Assembly: GCA_965221165.1 (NCBI GenBank) | Contig: CBDCRP010000003.1 | Coordinates: 896,001-960,000 of the forward strand | Origin: a bacterium | Lineage (GTDB): Bacteria; UBA8248 | Length of the DNA stretch: 64,000 bases | Direction: 5' to 3' | Shown: positions 31,705 to 41,518 of the stretch, in pieces | Layout of the letters: every line of letters starts with the position of its first letter | Numbering within the stretch: the first letter of the stretch is position 1 | Notes under the pieces: model-generated | What the model saw: the letters and a program-made list of their open reading frames with translations, nothing else | What the model was told of the DNA's origin: nothing | Databases searched by the model: none | Program-made: the position numbers and the translations under genes

Positions 31705-33456
31705 ATGAGCGATTTCAAGACCGAAGACAGAGACGGGATGCGCATCGACTGGGACGCGCCCATCCCCATGGAAGACGGCGTCGTTCTGCGGTGCGACGTA
31801 TACCGCCCCCAGGATGAGGGGAAATACCCCGTCATCTTGACGTACGGCCCCTACGGGAAATACCTGCACTTCGAGGACTTGTATGAGACCTGCTGGACGC
31901 GCATGGTCGAGGAACACCCCGACGTGCCCGCAGGCTCCACCAACAAGTACCAGAACTGGGAGGTCGTGGACCCCGAGAAATGGGTGCCCGACGGCTACGC
32001 GGTCGTTCGCGTGGATTCGCGCGGAGCGGGCCGCTCGCCGGGCGTCATCGACATCTGGTCGGCGCGCGAGGCGCAGGATTTCTACCAGTGCATCGAATGG
32101 GCGGCGGCGCAGCCCTGGAGCACGGGCAAGATCGGGCTGAACGGCATCTCCTATTACGGCATGAACCAGTGGCAGGTGGGCGAACTCCGGCCGCCTCACC
32201 TGACCGCCATGTGCGTCTGGGAGGGGGCTGCGGATTATTACCGCGAAATGGCCCACCACGGCGGCATCTTCTGCAACGGCTTCGCGCGCAACTGGCCCGA
32301 GATGCAGGTCTACAGCGTGCAGCACGGGCGCGGCAAGCGCGGCTTCAAGAGCCGCTTCACGGGTGATTGGGTCTCAGGCCCCCCCACGCTCACCGAGGAG
32401 GAACTCGGAGCGAACAGAAACGATTTCGGCGAGGATTGTTTTTCCCACAAGCTCAACACCGAGGATTACTGGCAGTCGAGAATGCCCGATTTCAGCAAAA
32501 TCCAGGTGCCGCTCCTATCTTCGGCCAACTGGGGCGGGCAGGGCCTGCACCCGCGCGGGAACTTCGAGGGTTTCCTGGAAACCGGGTGTGAAGAGAAATG
32601 GCTCGAAGTCCACGGCATCGAGCACTGGACGGAGTTTTACACCGACTACGGCGTCAACATGCAGAAGAGATTTTTCGGCCACTATCTCAAGGGCGAGGAC
32701 ACCGGCTGGCCGGATCAGCCCCGGGTGCTGCTCCAGGTGCGCCACCCCGGCGAGCGCTTCGTCGAACGCCACGAGAGCGAATGGCCCCTCGCGCGGACGC
32801 AGTGGACGAAATACTATCTGAACGCGAACACGCACTCACTCGAAGACGCCCCCGTAGCGGATGCTGCTACCACCACCTACGCGGGCTTCGGCGACGGCGT
32901 CACATTCACCACGCCGCCCATCGCCGAAGACACGGAAGTCACCGGCCCGCTGGCGGCCAAGCTCTTCGTGTCCTCGGAGTCCAAGGACGCGGACCTCTTC
33001 CTCGTCGTGCGCGTGTTCTCGCCCAACATGGAGGAAGTCGTATTCCAGGGCGCGCTCGACCCGCATACCCCGATCGCGCAGGGCTGGCTTAGGGCGTCGC
33101 ACAGAAAACTGGACCCCGAAAAGACACTGCCCTACAGGCCGTATCACACGCACGATGAGGAACAGCCCCTGACGCCGGGTGCGGTATATGAGCTCGACAT
33201 CGAGATATGGCCGACCTGCATCGTGATTCCAGAGGGCTACCGGGTCGCCTTCACGGTGCGCGGCAAGGACTATGAATACCCGGGCGGCGCGGGCGGCGGC
33301 CTCTCCAACATGAAAAACGAGTTCACGGGTTGTGGTTGTTTCATTCACACCGATCCCAAGGACAGGCCGGCCGCGGTGTTCGGCAAGAACGTGACCCTTC
33401 ACTGTGGCGGAGAGCACGAAGCCTACGTGATGCTGCCGGTGATACCCGAGAAATAG
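31705..33456 (+). CDS. CocE/NonD family hydrolase, paralog 1
   Basis: YPVILTYGPYGK, RVDSRGAGRSPG, QPWSTGKIG, GISYYG nucleophile elbow, C-terminal PepX-like domain (GWLRASHR). Confidence 0.9.
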   Translation: MSDFKTEDRDGMRIDWDAPIPMEDGVVLRCDVYRPQDEGKYPVILTYGPYGKYLHFEDLYETCWTRMVEEHPDVPAGSTNKYQNWEVVDPEKWVPDGYAVVRVDSRGAGRSPGVIDIWSAREAQDFYQCIEWAAAQPWSTGKIGLNGISYYGMNQWQVGELRPPHLTAMCVWEGAADYYREMAHHGGIFCNGFARNWPEMQVYSVQHGRGKRGFKSRFTGDWVSGPPTLTEEELGANRNDFGEDCFSHKLNTEDYWQSRMPDFSKIQVPLLSSANWGGQGLHPRGNFEGFLETGCEEKWLEVHGIEHWTEFYTDYGVNMQKRFFGHYLKGEDTGWPDQPRVLLQVRHPGERFVERHESEWPLARTQWTKYYLNANTHSLEDAPVADAATTTYAGFGDGVTFTTPPIAEDTEVTGPLAAKLFVSSESKDADLFLVVRVFSPNMEEVVFQGALDPHTPIAQGWLRASHRKLDPEKTLPYRPYHTHDEEQPLTPGAVYELDIEIWPTCIVIPEGYRVAFTVRGKDYEYPGGAGGGLSNMKNEFTGCGCFIHTDPKDRPAAVFGKNVTLHCGGEHEAYVMLPVIPEK

Positions 33457-33517
33457 GACAAAGGATGGAAAGCCCGTTCCGGGCGCGTTGCTTTCACATT
33501 GAACCGATGAGGTGAAC

Positions 33518-35287
33518 ATGAGCGATATCGACCTGAGCACGGACCCGCAATACCGAACCGAGAAACGAGACGGCTTTCTTATCGAATGGGACGTCCCCAT
33601 CCGGATGGAAGACGGCCTGGTGCTGCGGTCGAACGTCTACCGGCCCGATGACGACGGACAATACCCCGTCATCCTGAGTTACGGCCCCTATGCGAAGGAC
33701 CTGGCATGGCAGGACGGCTACGAGACGGCGTGGGAGCTTTTCGCCACCGCGCATCCGGACGCCATCGCGGGTTCCTCGAACGTCCACCAGAGCTGGGAGG
33801 TCGTGGACCCCGAGAAATGGGTGCCGGACGGCTACATCTGCGTGCGCGTGGATTCGCGCGGCGCGGGCCGCTCGCCGGGCTATATCGACCACTTCTCCCC
33901 GCGCGAGACCAAGGATTTCGCCATCTGCATCGAATGGGCGGGCGAACAACCCTGGTGCAACGGCAAGGTGGGCCTCACGGGAATCTCCTATTACGCCATC
34001 AACCAGTGGCAAGTGGCGGGCCTGCAGCCCAAATGTCTCGAAGCCATGTGCGTCTGGGAGGGAGCGGCGGATTTCTACCGCGACATGAGCCACCAGGGCG
34101 GCATGCTCACGACGTTTCTGGCCAACTGGTACGACATGCAGGTCAAAAGCGTGCAGCACGGCCTGGGGGAAAACGGCCCGAAAAGCCGCGTCCACGGCGG
34201 CCTCGCCTGCGGCCCCGAGACCTTGAGCGAAGAGGAGATGGAGAAAAACCGCTCCGACTACGGGGGCGACATTCTGGAGCGTCCGCTCGATGGCGAGTGG
34301 TACCAGGATCGCTCCGCGCATTGGGAGAAGATAAAAACGCCCTTCATCTCGGCGGCGAGCTGGGGCGGACAGGGCTTACACCCGAGGGGGAACTACGAGG
34401 GCTTCATGCGGGCGGCGTCCACGGAAAAATGGCTGGAAGTCCACGGCTTCGAGCACTGGACGGAGTTTTATACTCCCTACGGGGAAAAGCTCCAGAAACA
34501 GTTTTTCGGCCATTACCTGAAGGGCGAGAACACCGGCTGGATGGAGAAGCCCCCCGTCATGCTCAAGGTGCGCCACGTCGGGGAAAAATTCGTCGAGCGC
34601 GGCGAGAACGAATGGCCCCTCGCCCGCACGCAGTGGACGAAGTTCTATCTGGACCCGGCCCACATGAACCTGGGTTCCGCGCCCATCGAGGGCGAGCAAA
34701 GCATCACCTACGCGGGAATGAGCGACGGCGTGACCTTCATGCTGCCGCCCTTTGAGGAAGAAACCGAGATAACGGGCCCCATCGCCTCCAAGCTCTTCGT
34801 CTCCTCAGAAGCCGCGGATGCGGACATGTTCCTGGTCTTGCGCCTGTTCACGCCCGACATGAAGGAGATTACCTTCCAGGGCACGCTCGACCCGAACACC
34901 CCCATCGCGCAGGGTTGGCTGAGAGCCTCGCAGAGAAAGCTCGTGCCCGAGCTATCGACCGAATGGAAGCCCTACCAAGCGCATGATGAGAAACAATACC
35001 TGAACCCCGGCGAGATATATGAACTGGACATCGAGGTCTGGCCCACCTGCATCGTTGTGCCTCCCGGCTACCGGCTGGCTTTGAGCGTGCGCGGCAAGGA
35101 TTATGAGTACAGTTGCGTCACCACGCACAAACTCTCGAACATGAAGAACGTGTTCCGGGGCTGCGGACCGTTCTTACACGACGACCCCACGGACAGGCCC
35201 GAGGAGATTTTTGGGAAGAACGTGACGCTCCACTGCGGACCCGAACACGCCTCTTACATCATGCTGCCCGTGGTGCCGGAGAAGTAG
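33518..35287 (+). CDS. CocE/NonD family hydrolase, paralog 2
   Basis: Same motifs (GISYYA, WEVVDPEKWVPDGY, WGGQGLHPRGN); tandem duplicate of paralog 1. Confidence 0.9.
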   Translation: MSDIDLSTDPQYRTEKRDGFLIEWDVPIRMEDGLVLRSNVYRPDDDGQYPVILSYGPYAKDLAWQDGYETAWELFATAHPDAIAGSSNVHQSWEVVDPEKWVPDGYICVRVDSRGAGRSPGYIDHFSPRETKDFAICIEWAGEQPWCNGKVGLTGISYYAINQWQVAGLQPKCLEAMCVWEGAADFYRDMSHQGGMLTTFLANWYDMQVKSVQHGLGENGPKSRVHGGLACGPETLSEEEMEKNRSDYGGDILERPLDGEWYQDRSAHWEKIKTPFISAASWGGQGLHPRGNYEGFMRAASTEKWLEVHGFEHWTEFYTPYGEKLQKQFFGHYLKGENTGWMEKPPVMLKVRHVGEKFVERGENEWPLARTQWTKFYLDPAHMNLGSAPIEGEQSITYAGMSDGVTFMLPPFEEETEITGPIASKLFVSSEAADADMFLVLRLFTPDMKEITFQGTLDPNTPIAQGWLRASQRKLVPELSTEWKPYQAHDEKQYLNPGEIYELDIEVWPTCIVVPPGYRLALSVRGKDYEYSCVTTHKLSNMKNVFRGCGPFLHDDPTDRPEEIFGKNVTLHCGPEHASYIMLPVVPEK

Positions 35288-35299
35288 AACGAATACATG

Positions 35300-35530
35300 G
35301 CAGGGGCGGCCCCGAGGAGGGCTGTCCCTACGGGCGAAGACGGGGTCAAACCCGACCAATGAGGGGTTGTTGAAAAACCCCTCTTCGGTCGGGTTTGACG
35401 ATGCGTTTCTCGTCCGCCTGGATTCCGGCATCCGCCGGAATGACGTCGGTCCAATCGCAATCATCCCTCTTCGGGCGCAATCCCTCGCGCATTGGTCGCA
35501 ATTCCTCGCTCTTCGCTCGGAATTGACCTT
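35300..35530. repeat. REP-like palindromic repeat cluster
   Basis: GTCAAACCCGACC...GGTCGGGTTTGAC hairpin enclosing GGGGTTGTTGAAAAACCCC; TGGATTCCGGC.TCCGCCGGAATGACG; CGCTCGGAATTGACC. Confidence 0.75.
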
Positions 35531-35586
35531 GCCCCGCCCTCTCGCCCGGTGGATAATGGGATTTTCCCTTATCTCGGGTTTTCCAC

Positions 35587-36471
35587 TTGCTCGAATCACT
35601 CCATCCCAACCTGATGGCGCTTCTCTCGGCTTTTTTCATCTCCGTCGCCAGAACCCTCTACCGTGGCGCGCTCATGAGCCTGAGCCCCCTCGTGACGATG
35701 GTGATCGCGACGATCATCACGACGTGTTTCGCGCTGGGTCTCTACGCCCTCGGCGAGGGGCTTGCGCACTGGCCGCTCTACGGGGTCTTGTGGTTCGCCC
35801 TCGTGGGGATGGTCGGCGGGCTGGGCGGGCGCTACATGGGGATGATATCCATCAAGCTCGTGGGCCTGGCCCGCACGCCCATATTGACGCAAACAGGCCT
35901 CATCTGGTCCTCGGGGCTCGCGGTTCTTCTATTGGGCGAGAGGCTCACCCCCCTGGTGACGCTGGGGACGCTGGGCATCATGGCGGGCGGGGTACTGCTC
36001 TTATACGAAAAGAAAGCCATCGAGAGGCGAATTCCGCCCACCTACTACCTCATCCCCGTGGTGGGCGCGGCTTTCGCGAGCATCTCCCACATCGTGCGGA
36101 AATACGGCTTCGTCCACATCCCCTCGGTCTCTCTGGGAATGAGCATCTCGAACATGACGACCCTCACGCTTTTGATCGCGAGCTTTTTCTTCCTCCCTAC
36201 GCTCAAAATGAAAAGCGGCCCCTTCACCCGCCATTCGCTTGCGATCACGGTGCTGGGCGCGACGTGTAATTTTCTGGCCGCGTTCTTTTTCTGGTGGGCG
36301 ATCAAGGCCGGTGAGGTCATTCAGGTCGTTCCCATCAACCGGCTCTCGATCCTGATCGTCATCCTCTTCTCCTGGCTTTTTTTCAGGAAACAAGAACGCG
36401 TGAGCGCGCAAGTCATCATCGGCGGGGCGTGCTCCGTCCTGGGCGCATGGGCCGTCGTCTGGGGCAAGTGA
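35587..36471 (+). CDS. DMT/EamA family transporter
   Basis: About 10 hydrophobic segments in two repeats, LLGERLT, VVPINRLS..LFSWLFF. Confidence 0.82.
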   Translation: MLESLHPNLMALLSAFFISVARTLYRGALMSLSPLVTMVIATIITTCFALGLYALGEGLAHWPLYGVLWFALVGMVGGLGGRYMGMISIKLVGLARTPILTQTGLIWSSGLAVLLLGERLTPLVTLGTLGIMAGGVLLLYEKKAIERRIPPTYYLIPVVGAAFASISHIVRKYGFVHIPSVSLGMSISNMTTLTLLIASFFFLPTLKMKSGPFTRHSLAITVLGATCNFLAAFFFWWAIKAGEVIQVVPINRLSILIVILFSWLFFRKQERVSAQVIIGGACSVLGAWAVVWGK

Positions 36472-36597
36472 TTCCTGCCGACACCCTTGCGGCGTGGTGT
36501 CCCCGCAATCCCGGCACGATAAAATTCCCGGGTCGCGACTGCCCTTCTCGCGGCGCATGGATTAGGATGCGACCTTCTTACTCGGTGAGGAATTGAT

Positions 36598-37332
36598 ATG
36601 CCGTCATATATTAAAGGAAAAACCTGCATCGTCACCGGCGCGAGCCGGGGCATCGGCCGTGGATGCGCGCTGGCATTAGGGGGCGCGGGCTGTAGCGTGG
36701 CGGTGAACTACCGCGAGCGCGCGGACGAAGCGGGGGAAACCTGCCGTCTCATAGAAGAGGCGGGCGGGGAGGCGCATCCCCTGAAAACCGACGTGTCGAA
36801 AGCCGCAGAAGTGCGCCGCCTCGTGGATGAGACGAGGGAGCGTTTCGGCCCCGTATCGATTCTTATCAACAACGCAGGAATCGCCATCAAGAAGCCTTTC
36901 CCCGAACTCACCGAATCCGATTGGGACGCCACGCTCGACGTGAATCTCAAATCCGCGTTCCTGCTCACCCAGGCCGTCCTGCCCGATATGAAAGGGGCGC
37001 AGTGGGGAAGAATCGTCAACGTTTCATCGAACGCCGCCTTCACCGGCGGGCGCGTCGGCCCGCACTACGCGGCGTCCAAGGCGGGAATGCACGGACTCAC
37101 CCACGCCTACGCCGCCGCTTTGGTGAAAGAAGGGATTACGATGAACAGCGTGGCGCCCGCCGTAATAAAAACCGACATGATGACGCAAGACTTACAAGTA
37201 TCCACCCCGCATACGCCGATGGAGAGATTCGGCACGGTGGATGAGGTGGTCGACGCCGTCATGATGATGATTAGAAACGGCTACGTTACCGGCCAGACCC
37301 TCCTGCTGAACGGCGGCATTCATTTCCACTGA
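36598..37332 (+). CDS. SDR family oxidoreductase (FabG-like)
   Basis: VTGASRGIG, LINNAG, YAASK. Confidence 0.92.
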   Translation: MPSYIKGKTCIVTGASRGIGRGCALALGGAGCSVAVNYRERADEAGETCRLIEEAGGEAHPLKTDVSKAAEVRRLVDETRERFGPVSILINNAGIAIKKPFPELTESDWDATLDVNLKSAFLLTQAVLPDMKGAQWGRIVNVSSNAAFTGGRVGPHYAASKAGMHGLTHAYAAALVKEGITMNSVAPAVIKTDMMTQDLQVSTPHTPMERFGTVDEVVDAVMMMIRNGYVTGQTLLLNGGIHFH

Positions 37333-37396
37333 ATCTTGGCATGATGGAGGCGAAATTCCAGGCGGCGCACCGCAGGAGCTTTGAGGGGAAAGAAAC

Positions 37397-38176
37397 TCAG
37401 GCCGGTTTCCAGCCCAGGATGGTCAGCCGTTTTCTGGCGATGGAGAATTCCGCTCCCTCGCCCTTTTCCTCATACCAGCTTCCGCCCGCATCGCGCAGGG
37501 CCTCGAAGGCGCGCCTCAGCTTCGGGAAGACATCGGCGGAAGTCTTGGAGACATCCATCCAATCATCGAAGGGAGTGTCGGTCCTGTCGACCACGACTTC
37601 CTCTATCCGGATTCCCTCTTCCCGAAAAAGATCTTCCATTTCCTTTTGGGATACATGCCGCGTGATGGTCGGCTCTCTCAGCCTGTCGAGCGCTTCAATC
37701 TTCTCGCGCTCATCCGCATCGTCGGGGTAGTGATAGTCGATGAGGAAGACGTGGCCGCCCGGCCGGACCGCGCGCGCCATCTCGCCGAAAACTTGTCCGG
37801 GGTTTTCGAGATGATGAAACGTGTGCCGGCAGATGACCGCGTCGGCGCTCCCCTCCGCCAGGGGCGCGTCGTGCGCGTTCGCCATGACGTAGCGGGCGTT
37901 CGCGTCGAGACCCCATTCGCGCAAGCGCTCGCGCCCGCTTCGGACCATTGCGGGGGTGAGATCCAGCCCCACGACGTTCCCGCCCTTTAGAAGAAAAGGC
38001 CGCGCGGAAGTGCCCGTGCCCATACCGAAATCGACCAGCCAAGAGCCTGCGCCGAAGCCGATGCGCTCCGCCATCGCGCCCAGGCGCGCTTGTTCCGCAT
38101 CGCTGTAATAGCCGCCGTAGCTCTCGGCCATTCGGGTGAAAGTCTCGATGTTTCGCTGCTTCGCCGTATCCATCAA
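37397..38176 (-). CDS. Class I SAM-dependent methyltransferase
   Basis: LVDFGMGTG, GLDLTPAM, ICRHTFHH, RAVRPGG. Confidence 0.85.
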   Translation of the reverse strand: MMDTAKQRNIETFTRMAESYGGYYSDAEQARLGAMAERIGFGAGSWLVDFGMGTGTSARPFLLKGGNVVGLDLTPAMVRSGRERLREWGLDANARYVMANAHDAPLAEGSADAVICRHTFHHLENPGQVFGEMARAVRPGGHVFLIDYHYPDDADEREKIEALDRLREPTITRHVSQKEMEDLFREEGIRIEEVVVDRTDTPFDDWMDVSKTSADVFPKLRRAFEALRDAGGSWYEEKGEGAEFSIARKRLTILGWKPA

Positions 38177-38337
38177 AAGCCTCCTCGTGGAAGTTCACCT
38201 GCGCGCGCGTCAAATGAGGTATCAGAGAATCATACACCCGATTCATAATAACCGCTCCCCGCCACGGATTTACAAAAGGAGCGTGCTGCCGTTAGAATGG
38301 CGAAAAACCCTACTTCTTAAAAAAAGGAGAGCGCATC

Positions 38338-38841
38338 ATGGGTGAAATTCTCGATAAGTTCACCGCCGAGTGCCACGACATACTGAAAGCGGATTCGAGC
38401 AAGGCGGGCCTCCAGCAGGTAAGCGACAGCCTGGAGAAAGTGCTGGTGCAAGAGGAGTTCGTCCAGGAGCACCTGGGGCCGGACAACGATTCCCCCCGCA
38501 AGCTCCTGTATCAGGACGCGGAACTCGGCTTTTGCATCTTCGCCCACGTGCACAAGGGCGTGACCGGAAGCTCCCCGCACGATCACGGCCAGTCGTGGGC
38601 CATCTACGGCCAGGCGGTGGGCACCACCACGATGACGGATTACGACCTCGTGGAAAGGCCGAACGGAGCCGCTCCGGGCAAGGTGACGCCCGTGCGCAGC
38701 TACGACTTAACGCCCGGCCTCTCGAAGGCCTACGACGTAGGGGAATTCCACTCGCCCAAGCGCGAGGGAGAGACGCGCCTCATCCGCATCGAAGGCATCG
38801 ATCTGGACACCATCACGCGCGACAAATACGAGGCCGTTTGA
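38338..38841 (+). CDS. Cupin, cysteine dioxygenase-like metal-binding protein
   Basis: RKLLYQDAELGFCI, SPHDHGQSWAIYG, FHSP. Confidence 0.75.
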   Translation: MGEILDKFTAECHDILKADSSKAGLQQVSDSLEKVLVQEEFVQEHLGPDNDSPRKLLYQDAELGFCIFAHVHKGVTGSSPHDHGQSWAIYGQAVGTTTMTDYDLVERPNGAAPGKVTPVRSYDLTPGLSKAYDVGEFHSPKREGETRLIRIEGIDLDTITRDKYEAV

Positions 38842-38895
38842 CCTCGCCTCGATTTGTAGCGCGCTGATTGTTCGAGCAGTATAGTTTTTCTGAAG

Positions 38896-39059
38896 TGCTG
38901 CAGGGGGGCTTTCCTCAGGAAAGCCCGGGAAGCCGGTGAGAATCCGGCGCGGACCCGCCACTGTAACCGGGGACGAAAGCGGCCGAAACCACCGGCGTAA
39001 GGCGCCGGGAAGGGGTCGTGAGTAGGTGGATCCGGAAGCCAGGAGACCGCCCTGCGGCA
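38896..39059 (+). promoter_or_regulatory. Cobalamin riboswitch 1
   Basis: GGGAAgccGGTGAGAATCCggcgcggaCCCGCCACTGTAA ... GGGAAGG ... AAGCCAGGAGACC B12 box; P1 TGCTGCAGGG/CCCTGCGGCA. Confidence 0.92.
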
Positions 39060-39218
39060 ACCTTTTGACCCGTCACGTCCTCGCGGAACGGGAGATGGGT
39101 GGCATCTTGCGCATCATCACACCCGAAATCGACGGCACTACAGCACGCGCGAGTATCACGCACGCGCTGCGTTAAAGTTTTCGCCATAGGAGCGGTGGAC
39201 CCGTCCGCCGCCAAAACA

Positions 39219-39362
39219 GCCGGCAGGTGTTCGGGAATCCGGTGTAAGACCGGAGCTGCCCGGCAGCTGTAAGCGACGCGCTTTTCATAATATCCACCGG
39301 GACACCCCCGGGAAGGAATGAAGAGCGGCCATCGGCGCGAGCCAGAAGACCGGCCTGTCGGC
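39219..39362 (+). promoter_or_regulatory. Cobalamin riboswitch 2
   Basis: AGGTG.TCGGGAAtccGGTGTAAGACCGG.GCTGCCCGGCAGCTGTAA ... GGGAAGG ... GAGCCAGAAGACC; P1 GCCGGCAGG/CCTGTCGGC. Confidence 0.88.
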
Positions 39363-39425
39363 ATCTCCCCTGCGACCCTCCGGGGTCGGTTTCGAGCGCT
39401 TGGGCCGCTCAAGGAGTGTAATCCC

Positions 39426-41474
39426 GTGAACCATCCTGCAAGAAGCGCCACCCGATTTCTCATCCGCCTCAAACGAGGTCTCCTTATCCTGGGGGCCGCA
39501 GCACTCATCTTGTGCGCAGGAGGGGCTCCGGCCGAGGCGCAAAGCACAGCACCCGAGGAGGAGCTTTATCTCGACCCCATTACCGTGACGGCCACGCGCA
39601 CGCCCGAAAGACTCAGCGACGTGGCCGATTCGGTGGAAGTGTTCAGCCGGGAGAGAATCGAGAGCCTCCTGCCCGGCGACGCGCTCGACTTCCTCACCGG
39701 CGCGGCGGGCGTCGTCCTCCCGCAGACAAGCGGCAGGGGCGGTCAGGCGAGCCTTTTCCTGAGGGGCGCGGAGAGCAACTTCACCAGCGTCATGATAGAC
39801 GGCTTCAAGCTCACCTTTCCGGACGGGAGCGCGTATGACTTCGGGCATCTCTCGCCCGAGTGGGTAGGCGCAGCCGAGGTGCTCAAAGGCCCGCAAAGCC
39901 CTCTCTATGGCTCGGACGCGGCTTCGGGCGTCATAAACTTTCTGCCCGATATCGGAAAGCCCGGAGAAGCCTCCTCCTTCACGGTACACGCCAGGGGCGG
40001 CAGCGGCGACACGTTCGAGGAGGCCTTCAAGCTCAAAGGCGGCGGCGCCAAGAGCGGATACGCCGCCACCTTGAGCCGCCTCGACACGGAGGGCCACCTG
40101 CCCAACGATGGATATTACCGCACCGTGGGCACGGTGGGGCTGGATCATTTCTTCTCGGAAACGGCGAAGCTGCGCTTTCTCTATCACGCCAACCAGAACC
40201 GCTACGACATCCCCGGGCCGGGCCATGCAGGCTACAGAGAACCCGACAAATACGGGAAAAACACCGAGCAACTCATAGGCGCGCGCGCGCATTTGAAGCC
40301 CTTCTCGTGGCTCGAGTACGTCCCGCGCCTCTCTTTTTACTTAAGAGACACGCTGTTCGAGAACCAACCGGATGCATTCAGCCCCGATTCCGACAAAACG
40401 GATTCGAGCGGAACGAGGCTTCATTTCGACAACCAGATCAACGTGAGGCTTTCGGGGAAACAACTGGGGTTCAGGGGCCTCCGCCGGTCCATATCCACGC
40501 TCGGCGTCGAATGGGAAGAAGAGGATATCTCCGTAAAGGGCAAATCCGCCTTCGGGGACAGCGAGTACGACAGCAAGAGACGGGCGGTCTCTTTGTACGC
40601 GCAACAGCAGTTCCAGTTCCACAAGGGCCTCACCCTCGCGGGCGGGGTGCGGCTGGATGATTTCGACGTCGGGGAAGACGAGGTAACCGGAAAAATTTCC
40701 GCTTCCTATAAAATCCCCGGAACCGGCGCGCGTATCCGCGGCGCGGTGGGCGAGGGAATCAAGCGTCCCTCTTTCGCCGAGTTGCTCGACGTCTATGGCC
40801 CCGGAAACCCGAACCTGAAGAGCGAAAGACAGAAAAGCTGGGAGGCGGGCTTCGATCAGTTTTTCGCGAAAAATAAGTTCAAATTCAGCGCCACCTATTA
40901 TGAAAACGAAATCGACGATCTGATCGCGTATTCGTTCAATAAATTTTCCAACGGCACGAACTACGAAAACATCCGAAAGGCGCGGGTCAAGGGCGCGGAA
41001 CTCTCCTTGTCCCTCATCGATTTCAACGACTTCTCGGCCCATGCGAGCTTGGGCGCCATGGACACCCTCACGCTGGATGAGGGAGGGGTCGACGGCGCGC
41101 CGAATTACGTGGAGGGAGAAGAGCTGTTAAGACGCCCGAAGTGGTGGTGGAGCGCCTCGATCAGCTACCACCCGAATCGCCTGAGAGCGACTTTGCGGGT
41201 GAATACGGTGAGCGATCGGCAGGACATCGACGATTCCCAACCCTGGCCCTACCCCCGGGTGAAGAATCCGGGGTTCACGCGGGTGGACCTCGCCCTCTCT
41301 TTGGATGTCGTGAAGAACCGCATATCAATGTTCGACAAGACGAAAAAATCGAAGGTCAAGGATTTGGCGGTGGAACTCAAGGTGAACAACGCCCTCGATG
41401 AGGATTATGAGAGCATCTACGGTTTCAGCGAGCCCGGGATACAGTGGTTCGCGGGCTTGCGGGCGATCTTCTAG
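39426..41474 (+). CDS. btuB: TonB-dependent receptor, BtuB-like
   Basis: Signal peptide, TonB box DPITVTATR, plug motifs LRGAESN..VMIDG and EVLKGPQSPLYGSDA, terminal Phe; GTG start after AAGGAG; downstream of B12 riboswitches. Confidence 0.85.
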   Translation: MNHPARSATRFLIRLKRGLLILGAAALILCAGGAPAEAQSTAPEEELYLDPITVTATRTPERLSDVADSVEVFSRERIESLLPGDALDFLTGAAGVVLPQTSGRGGQASLFLRGAESNFTSVMIDGFKLTFPDGSAYDFGHLSPEWVGAAEVLKGPQSPLYGSDAASGVINFLPDIGKPGEASSFTVHARGGSGDTFEEAFKLKGGGAKSGYAATLSRLDTEGHLPNDGYYRTVGTVGLDHFFSETAKLRFLYHANQNRYDIPGPGHAGYREPDKYGKNTEQLIGARAHLKPFSWLEYVPRLSFYLRDTLFENQPDAFSPDSDKTDSSGTRLHFDNQINVRLSGKQLGFRGLRRSISTLGVEWEEEDISVKGKSAFGDSEYDSKRRAVSLYAQQQFQFHKGLTLAGGVRLDDFDVGEDEVTGKISASYKIPGTGARIRGAVGEGIKRPSFAELLDVYGPGNPNLKSERQKSWEAGFDQFFAKNKFKFSATYYENEIDDLIAYSFNKFSNGTNYENIRKARVKGAELSLSLIDFNDFSAHASLGAMDTLTLDEGGVDGAPNYVEGEELLRRPKWWWSASISYHPNRLRATLRVNTVSDRQDIDDSQPWPYPRVKNPGFTRVDLALSLDVVKNRISMFDKTKKSKVKDLAVELKVNNALDEDYESIYGFSEPGIQWFAGLRAIF

Positions 41475-41518
41475 GAAGACCCCTCGGCTGAAGAGGGATT
41501 TCGCGCAAAGGACGGGAG

